A DNA stretch of 41,027 bases, filler included, from Orbicella franksi (taxonomy: Eukaryota), in the NCBI GenBank assembly GCA_964199315.1. It is 2 parts of 2 records of this genome, joined end to end, with 100 filler letters (N's around TTAATTAATTAA, not from the genome) between each part and the next. Parts side by side here need not be neighbours in the genome. Positions count along the whole stretch, not along the records: positions 16,839 to 41,027 come from OZ116700.1; 1 more part is not named here. One strand, 5' to 3'. A program made the translations under genes and the position numbers. Below are positions 33,674-41,027 of the stretch, one piece after another (the first letter of the stretch is position 1; each line of letters starts with the position of its first letter). A model generated the notes under the pieces. That model had not been told where the DNA came from. It did not search any database and worked only from the letters and a program-made list of their open reading frames with translations.

Positions 33674-36600
33674 ATGGCGGACGGACTTGATACCTGCCGG
33701 CAAATTCTTCTAGAGAGATTTCCTTCAATAGACGACGATCTCTTCCAGTATGTGACAGGTAAATGTTTCACGTATTATTTTTGTTCAAACGGATATTCCT
33801 GATTTCTGTTCGGCTCGCTAGTTTCTGTGTGACAGCCCTGCTTCACTTTTCGTGAAATCTTATATACGTATACGTTTTCAGTGACTTTTGAGATAGGAAA
33901 GGTAATCTCAATCAAGTCTTATGTAAAGTTAAGTTTTAGATCGTTGATTGTGGATATAATCATATTCTTGGGCATGGTATTGATGTCGTGTTGACTCTTG
34001 GTCAGGTTGCGGCTTGGAAGTCGAGTCAATTTTCGTACGTCGCGTTTTCTACAACTAGGGCTTACACTTCAATATCGTTTTAGTTCCGGTATTTCATTGT
34101 TTTGGATTACGTAACAGGTTTTAGTTGAAAAACATCATTGCCGGGTACTATAAGATATGCTGGTTGTCATTCTTTGTTTGGGATTCAAATTATATCGTGA
34201 TATGCCAATAGTCAGAGCGAAATCAGACCTCTTAAATAATCTTAATTTGATTTGAAATAGTTTATTGGATTGCTTGAGGTCTGAGCTGTTTGAAACTATA
34301 GAGGGTTCTTAGCTGATAAGGAATGTGTAGAGCTCTCAAATTTTAGAGATTACATGATGTTATTTCGTAGTTAATTAGCCTTGTCTAGAGATCTTGTGTG
34401 AAAGAAATTTCCTGGTCATTTTAGCTCAGCAGAAAGTTTAGGGGTGACTTCCTACAGATTCTTGCATGTAGTTGCAAGGAATTGACAAAGGTTCACCATT
34501 CTTAGCTGTGTTCTAAATCTAAATATTATGTCAGCAACATCCAGAGGACATCACGCCAACCCTGGGTTGTGTGGGTTATCAGCTGAGTGCAAGTACTACC
34601 CAAGGATCTTAGCTGATAGGGGTTACCTTGGAGTCTTACTCAAGGGTCTTAGCTTATAGAGATAACTTAGGGATCCCAGTTCATTAAAATTACGTAGGAT
34701 CAATAAGTTGACTGGATTGCCTTGTTTTTATAGCTAATAAAAATAAATATACCTAGAGATTACACAGTAGCTGACAGAGATAACCTAGTAAGGATCTTTG
34801 TTCATAAGGAATGTACCCAGATATAAATAACTAATAAATATATTGTGTATTACATTACTAACTACTTATTGACTGAGAGTGAGGCCTTTATGGGAAAATC
34901 TCAAACCCAGACCTTGCTATATTGACCTCGCTATCGCTCGGTCAATATGGCAAGGTGGAGGTTTGAGATTTTCCCATAAGGACTGAATGTTTGAGGTTAA
35001 TAAATTGTTTATTATATGGCTTTTTGCCTAGCAGTCCTTGGAAGCTCAACTTGTCAACTACAATAAACAAACTGACCTATCAGGGCACTTAACTTTTTTT
35101 ATTTTTAGTTAGCCCTATGGAACTTAGTAATCTCATTCTATAACTAAACAAGCTTTTTATTATTATAATATATGCCAAATATATCTTTCAAGCTTGGAAA
35201 TTTATTAGTAGTCGGTTTAAATATGCATTTGCAAGCACTGATGGTTTGGAACATTGACTTCAGACATTCTTGAAAGTGGATCAGATGATTTTGAGAGTGG
35301 TGAAGATATTCACGATGCTGTGGGGAGTATACTCACAGAGGTGGCAGGAGATGAAGGAGAAGAGGACATCATTGACATTTGTAACCAACTAATGGGTGCT
35401 TTAAAAGGGTATGTAGAAACAAGCAATTGAATTTGTAACAATTTTGTATATCCTCAAAATATGTTGGAGATTAATGGGTAGTATACTGGACTCAAGATTA
35501 AGCAGTCTGGTTTTTGGGGAATTTTTTGAGAGAAATCAAGTACATGTATTACTGGTACTGTAAGAGATAAAATTATCGTATTACCTGTAATTTAACCGTT
35601 ATTTAAGTAGTCATGCTAGCAAGAGAATGATGTTCATGCTGTTACATCATAGTCACTGGAAAATTGGTTTTCCTGTACATGCTGGAAAGTGTCTTTTTCC
35701 ATTTGGGACCTTTTCATTTATATAAACATCAGTCAAAATCTGGAAAAGAACGATCCATGCAAATTAAACTTTTTTTATTGCAATTCGGTGCTAGAGTTCA
35801 ACAACATCATGAGAGTGACAGAGACTGAAACGTCTACACAGATGTCACTCAGAAAAAGACAGCAAATATGTCTATGTCAGTATTAACAGAATTAGATAAA
35901 ATTAGACTGTACCTGATGATTTGCGTCTAGCCAATTAATAACTGGATACTTGAGTTGTGTAAGGCTACCCTGATTATTCATATACAGATGTATCAATTTT
36001 TTTAATAGCAGTGGATGCAATGGCACAACCACAGATCAAGGGAGGCACAAATTACTCCAAGCCCCTGTCAATATGAGAGAGATGGCAGAAAATTTAGGTA
36101 ATAGCTCAAACTGCATTTACTAGTCAATAGCATGGCAAGTATATATACACCACAGGAAGTCAAACAGTGTTTGAGATACGTGAAGTGAAATGTATGTTGG
36201 AAGCACCAAAGCTGTGTGAAATTATAATTCAAGAAATGTTCACTGGAACAAAATCTGTGTTACATGTGCTATTGAAATTATAAATTAAAGTTATACAACT
36301 CTGTGTGTCTTCAATTTTCAAGATCATGGCACAAAGCCTGCATTTATTTTATCTCCCCTTTATTGACCTACAGTGTACAATCCTAGTCAAAATTCCTTTA
36401 AACACTTCACACCACACTCCTTTGCAATGTTGTTACATGTTGCTTTCCAACAATCAAGCAGACGAAACAACATTCTAAAGAGGTGTGGGGTGTTCAAAAT
36501 ACATGTGTTTGAAGGTTTATGACCAGAGCGTTCGCCTTCTAATAAGGAATTGATTTCAGAATGATTTCAACCTATGTCAAAGGGGAAGGGAAAGTCTGCG

Positions 36601-38670
36601 ACCCATAACTTATTTGAGTAACAAATTTGAACAAATTTGCAATGATTGCTTGAATGGCCTACATGTAGTGTAGGTGAAGGTGGACTACAAAGTCAGAGAT
36701 CGGGTGTTCAAATCTAGTTTGCAAGTACAAAATAAAAAATTATCTCGGGGGTTAGGTCTAGGGTTAGGGTTAGGGTTAGTGGGATTGATATGGGATTCTG
36801 GCAGGGTAGGGTAGGGGTAGGAACTTAGGGAGGTGGGTGGTGTGCATGTTATTCTCTTTAAGAACCTCCAAAGATTGGAAAAAAATAAACTGGTTTACAT
36901 ATAGGCTGAAACAAGTTAATCTAAGGTTGTAATCATTCTAACCTAAAGAACAAATTTACCTACAGCAGTTATATTAGTTGTTTTATTTGAACCTGTAGAA
37001 CCTCAGCTGGAGGATGAAATGTCAAGTATCTGGATTGTAAAGAGAGAAAGTAATACAGTGAGTTTGATGAAAGGATAATATGAAAATTGATAAACAAATA
37101 ATGAAATCAAGTATGATTATATTCAGTTAGAATTATTGCTTTTTAATAGCTGTAAGTACAGTGTGAACCTGTATCAAAACATTGCAAAGTTTTTAACAAC
37201 CAGTGACTGGCAAAATTCATTTATTTGTACATATTTACATGTAGTTCATTGGAATTGACTTCCTGTATATACTCAAGTGTGAACAACCTTGTCTTTACCA
37301 CTCACCATCACAATCCGTGCACAACATGAATTCTAAAATAGCACACACAAGAATCCATCACTCACCAGATGTTCTCCGGTGAGCAAATAAAATGACACTA
37401 ACTAGACATTTCAATGTGACTCTCCAATAACCTTCTCTGTTATAAACAATACTAGTCTAATAAAAATATATATGTCATGTTCCTATATTTCTTTGTAAAA
37501 ATTCCCATGTTTTCATGAGTTTGCAACAGATTCTTATTAAACTTGGTATCTTTACTAAATTAAGATAAATATTTACTAAATTCAGAATCATGGTAAATTG
37601 AGCTATGGAGGTGTTTTTTGTTGATATTGCTTGACATAATAAAAAACGTCTGTTGTTTTCCTCTTATAGCTTTATGACGATATAACAAATAGTTTCCATA
37701 TTACCATGCATCTGTTCAGTAGTCGATTGCAGATGACATCAAAATGTGGTAAGGACAAAATGGGGCACACAAGACAATAGCTGAGTGTGTCACTGAATGA
37801 TGTTCTTACCATATTTTGACATCTGTGATCAAATACTTTCACATGGAATCTATTTGTTTTATGTAATAAAGAAACGAAAAGAAACTTAATAACATCCTTA
37901 GTCAATGTCTCCTTGGAGAGTTGTGCTTGCCAGTGGAGTTTTAACTGTGATATTGTTGTGATTTTAATGCTTTTGACTTATCACTTTAAATTCAGGTTGT
38001 AGATCAGAAAAAATTGCAAAAAGCTGAAGCTAAAATAAAAGCAAAGCAGGAGAAACGTGCCCAGGATGGAGAACCTATTAATGAGATAAGAGGGAGGTAA
38101 TATATGTGTATGATATCGCAGAATTTGACAAGGATTGCAGATATGTACATATTTCTCTAACATGAAGCTATTTCAACAGCTAGTCTGGAAAATTGTGATA
38201 ACAAGTGACTCTGACCTTCCGTTGGCAGGCAAATAGATAATGCTTCAGCTTGCCAGAGCTCAAACAAAAGAGAAAACAAACTAGAGGCCAGTGGTACAAA
38301 CAAAAGTCGAGATATTAGGATAGAGAACTTTGATCTCTCTTATGCAGACAGGTAGGCACAACTCTAGTTATCTTGATTCCAGAATGTTTTACCCATCTTG
38401 ATTTAAATTCGTCCAGTGTGTCAAATCACAGCTGCTCAAGATATGTGAGTTTAATCTTAATACCTGTAAATGATATTTTTCAGAGTTTTACTGAAAGAAG
38501 CAGACTTGACACTAATATTTGGTAGGAGATATGGCTTAGTTGGAAGAAATGGCATTGGGAAGACAACGCTTATTAAAATGATCTCCAGGTAATGTACATG
38601 TACGTATGTTAGGAAGTGGAAATTTCCTGTTTGCAAAGTTCATTATTAATAATAATTAGTATCACCCAAC

Positions 38671-38708
<38 letters not shown>

Positions 38709-38818
38709 GCTACTAGAGGACTATTAGCAATAGTCCTCGAGTAGTGAAATTGGCGCAATCAAGCGTGACGCTTTCTTTCGTTTTACTCCCAAATAAATAT
38801 TTCTTCAACTTGCATTTG

Positions 38819-38854
<36 letters not shown>

Positions 38855-38867
38855 GGTGATACTAAAG

Positions 38868-38898
<31 letters not shown>

Positions 38899-39867
38899 GT
38901 CTAATTGTTAATTATTACATGTGTACTGTAAATATTCACTTGACAGAAGGATAAGCCTGTTGTATCTTAATCATTAAGAGAGATTTATTTAATGACAGTA
39001 CATAATAAAATTTACTACAATTTTAAATTTAATGTATTTATTGCCCATTACATTGTGACCAGTTCTTGATTGTTGAGCTAGACTCTTTGCTTTTTTCCTT
39101 CAGGCGTGAGTTATTTGTTCCATCTCACATTTCTATTCTGTGTGTTGCACAAGAGGTATGTTGATTGACTGTGTAAAAAGGAACTTGCTTTCTTCCAAAC
39201 CATCAAGTTTCATAAATGATAAACATTTCACTTTGTCAAGTGATGAGAATTAAGAGTATTTTCAGGTAAACAGAATTGTCATTGATTTAGTTATGAATCA
39301 TCAACTACTAACAACAAATATAAAGGTACATGTAAATGAGTGGCAATCAATAAGAATGATGTTATTTACAACAATCATTTTTTTTTTTTTAAATGGCAAC
39401 AGTGGTATAATAATCTAAAGGATTTTAAAGTTTTCGATTTTAATTATTACATCTATGACAAGTACTTTTTTGAAACATAGATCGAAATCTCTTTAGTGTT
39501 TTAAACATGTTCAATCTTATATCGAAAACCTTGCATTTTTGTGGTAATTAATTTCATTTCTTACAGTTAATTAGCAATCTTAAACACTTTCAGTACTAAG
39601 CAAAAAGCTATCCAAAATGTAATAAATTAAATATTAATAGATATGTGTCTGTTAACCCATGAACTGATTGCTTTTTTACTTATTTTTCATTGTTATAACA
39701 CTGGATATTTGGGTTCTGATCACACAATGTTGTGTACAATTAATGCACACTTTGCAGGTGACTGGTGATGAGACACAAGTTCTTCAGAGTGTTCTAGAAT
39801 GTGATACTGAAAGAGAGAAACTATTGAAAGAAGAAAGGAAACTTCTTGCACTGACAGGACATGAAGG
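33674..39867 (+). CDS. ABCF3: ATP-binding cassette subfamily F member 3 (GCN20-like), first nine exons; gene continues beyond the window
   Basis: Exons 33674-33758, 35264-35408, 36009-36097, 36999-37057, 37996-38096, 38229-38351, 38484-38588, 39104-39155, 39758-39867, all GT-AG and phase-consistent. Translation: [28 protein letters not shown]...ESGSDDFES...[20 protein letters not shown]...[13 protein letters not shown]...[17 protein letters not shown] (Walker A)...[28 protein letters not shown]. Confidence 0.94.
34862..35020. mobile_element. Hairpin-containing interspersed repeat
   Basis: ttatgggaaaatctcaaacc...accttgctatattgacc pairs with ggtcaatatggcaaggt...ggtttgagattttcccataa (34888-34980). 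Confidence 0.75.
36750..36840 (+). repeat. G-rich tract with telomere-like (TTAGGG) and (TAGGG) units
   Basis: ctagggttagggttagggttag followed by gcagggtagggtaggggtagg, in ABCF3 intron 3. Confidence 0.75.
37670..37905. repeat. Interspersed repeat also present as fragments at ~17250-17300 and ~18985-19075
   Basis: Shared blocks ttaccatgcatctgttcagta, atgtgg(t/c)aaggacaaaa and agtgtgtcactga(a)tgatgtt(c/g)ttacca. Confidence 0.6.
38646..38915. mobile_element. MITE with tagtatcacccaactagt inverted repeats
   Basis: ttagtatcacccaactagt (near 38657) is inverted relative to actagttgggtgatactaa (near 38848). The distal end contains gacccttcgccctcaagggccacgggtc. Confidence 0.7.
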
Positions 39868-40049
39868 GTACACAGCATGAATTCATAAGTTAGTTGTTAT
39901 TGTCCATCTTTGAAGCTTAGGATATTGTTTCCAATATATTCCAATATTGGAGCAGTTACTGCAAAGCTGTGTGCTACAGAGCTTCCAGTTTGGATCATAA
40001 TGTTTGATTGTAGGTGTGACAGCTTGATGAACCTTATGTTCTCTGAGGC

Positions 40050-40724
40050 CAGCCCGGGGAGGGGGGGTACTCCCAGAAATATTGGGTGGGGGTGTGTGGC
40101 CTGCTTCCCAAAACCCCTACCCTATTTATGACCAAAATCTGCAATATTCCCTACCCTATTTATGACCTGACCAAAAATTCGAAACCCTATTTATGACCTG
40201 ACCCTTAAATCAAAACCGTGTTTCAGACTTGCATTATAATTAGTTCCCTAGTTCAGACCAATGTTAAATTACCGTAAACATAATTATTATTTGTGAAGGG
40301 CTTTTGTTGATTTTCTTTTCGATAAAGATGAAAAGGTGGTTTCTTCTTTAAAACACAGGGTTTTCAATAAGTTTTGAAATAGCCGTCTGAGCTAACTAAA
40401 GTGGGTGGCAAACTAATGAATTTTTTCAATAATTTGAGTGAAAATACAGACAAAGTAGGTGGCAGTAAGAGGTAAATTCTGACAAAGTAGGCGGTGATTT
40501 TTGCTTGTTGCCAGCTTCTAATGAAACCCCTGAAAACATAACCATATCAAGGCTAGAGTACAAAAACCATACCCTATTTATGACCAAAATGGCCAAAATC
40601 AGCTAAAATCAATACCCTGTTTATGACCAAAACGGCTGAAAAGCCATACCCTTTGGGGCCGCACATACCTATATCTATAGCCCATATAAAGGAGTTCCCT
40701 CCCCCCCCCCCCCCCCACCCCGGG
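40050..40724. mobile_element. Non-autonomous element with poly-G/poly-C ends and repeated accctatttatgacc motifs
   Basis: Left end cccggg(g)n tactcc; right end ggagttccct(c)n accccgggg. accctatttatgacc occurs at least 4 times internally. Confidence 0.75.
40356..40532. mobile_element. Nested 177-bp hAT-like MITE
   Basis: CAGGGTTTTCAATAAG...CTTCTAATGAAACCCCTG inverted ends, with aaaaca on both sides (at least 6-bp target duplication). CAGGG termini are typical of hAT elements. Confidence 0.65.
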
Positions 40725-41027
40725 GAGGCCAGATGGAGCCTGTACATGTACTTTTTGTCTTGAAGTTTGTGAGCAACTGGTCATGCCATGTTCGCATTAC
40801 AACTTTTGGTGAACTCCTTCAGGAGTACTGGTGTTAGTTGTTGTTTTGTAATAAAAAGTAATTTATGGGATAGTATTTTGTATGGCCTGTGATGCATAAA
40901 CACTGTTGGTATCACTCAACTCTTTGCAAGCCTGCTGTAAGTACACTAGTCATCACAAACAATATAAAGTCCTGCCTCAATATGAACCCACTGTGTTTAT
41001 TGTCACTGTTTTGCAGGTGAAGTGATT

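Noticed and set aside
41017-41027. Next ABCF3 exon at the window end (ttttgcag|gtgaagtgatt)
   Set aside because: Direct splicing from the phase-2 donor at 39868 gives an immediate TGA. Exon 10 could not be placed, so the gene model is left open.
1-41027. CRISPR arrays, rRNA, tRNA or prokaryotic operons
   Set aside because: Spliceosomal introns and metazoan genes throughout; no repeat-spacer arrays or structural RNA genes recognised.

Overview
Eukaryotic, AT-rich, intron-containing animal DNA. The repeat landscape and Roc-COR gene style suggest an anthozoan cnidarian, probably a stony coral (inference). All family assignments come from motifs I recognise by eye; no database search was run. 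By splicing exons manually (GT-AG, phase-consistent) I can support five protein-coding loci. (1) A complete 5-exon ZNF704/ZNF395/SLC2A4RG-family C2H2 + C-clamp transcription factor (2123-4768, +). (2) An intronless single-pass membrane protein with a Cys-rich ectodomain and two PPxY motifs (12487-12966, -), bracketed by two ~800-bp direct repeats. (3) The last two exons of EXTL3 (15990-16552, -). (4) A 5'-incomplete 11-exon gene (19283-30551, +) whose exons splice in one frame to SH2(partial)-ubiquitin-like-SH2-Roc-COR-Cys/His-rich-Death domain, at least 1124 aa. (5) The first nine exons of ABCF3 (33674-39867, +, continues past the window). A 100-nt artificial gap (44N-TTAATTAATTAA-44N, 16739-16838) lies where the missing 5' parts of EXTL3 and the SH2-Roco gene should be. 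Introns and intergenic DNA carry a 5'-truncated L2/CR1-type LINE, a TTAA-flanked Kolobok-like element, many MITEs and hairpins, and a hexamer microsatellite. The most interesting object is the SH2-Ubl-SH2-Roc-COR-Death gene, which is invisible in the ORF track because its SH2 exons are short.
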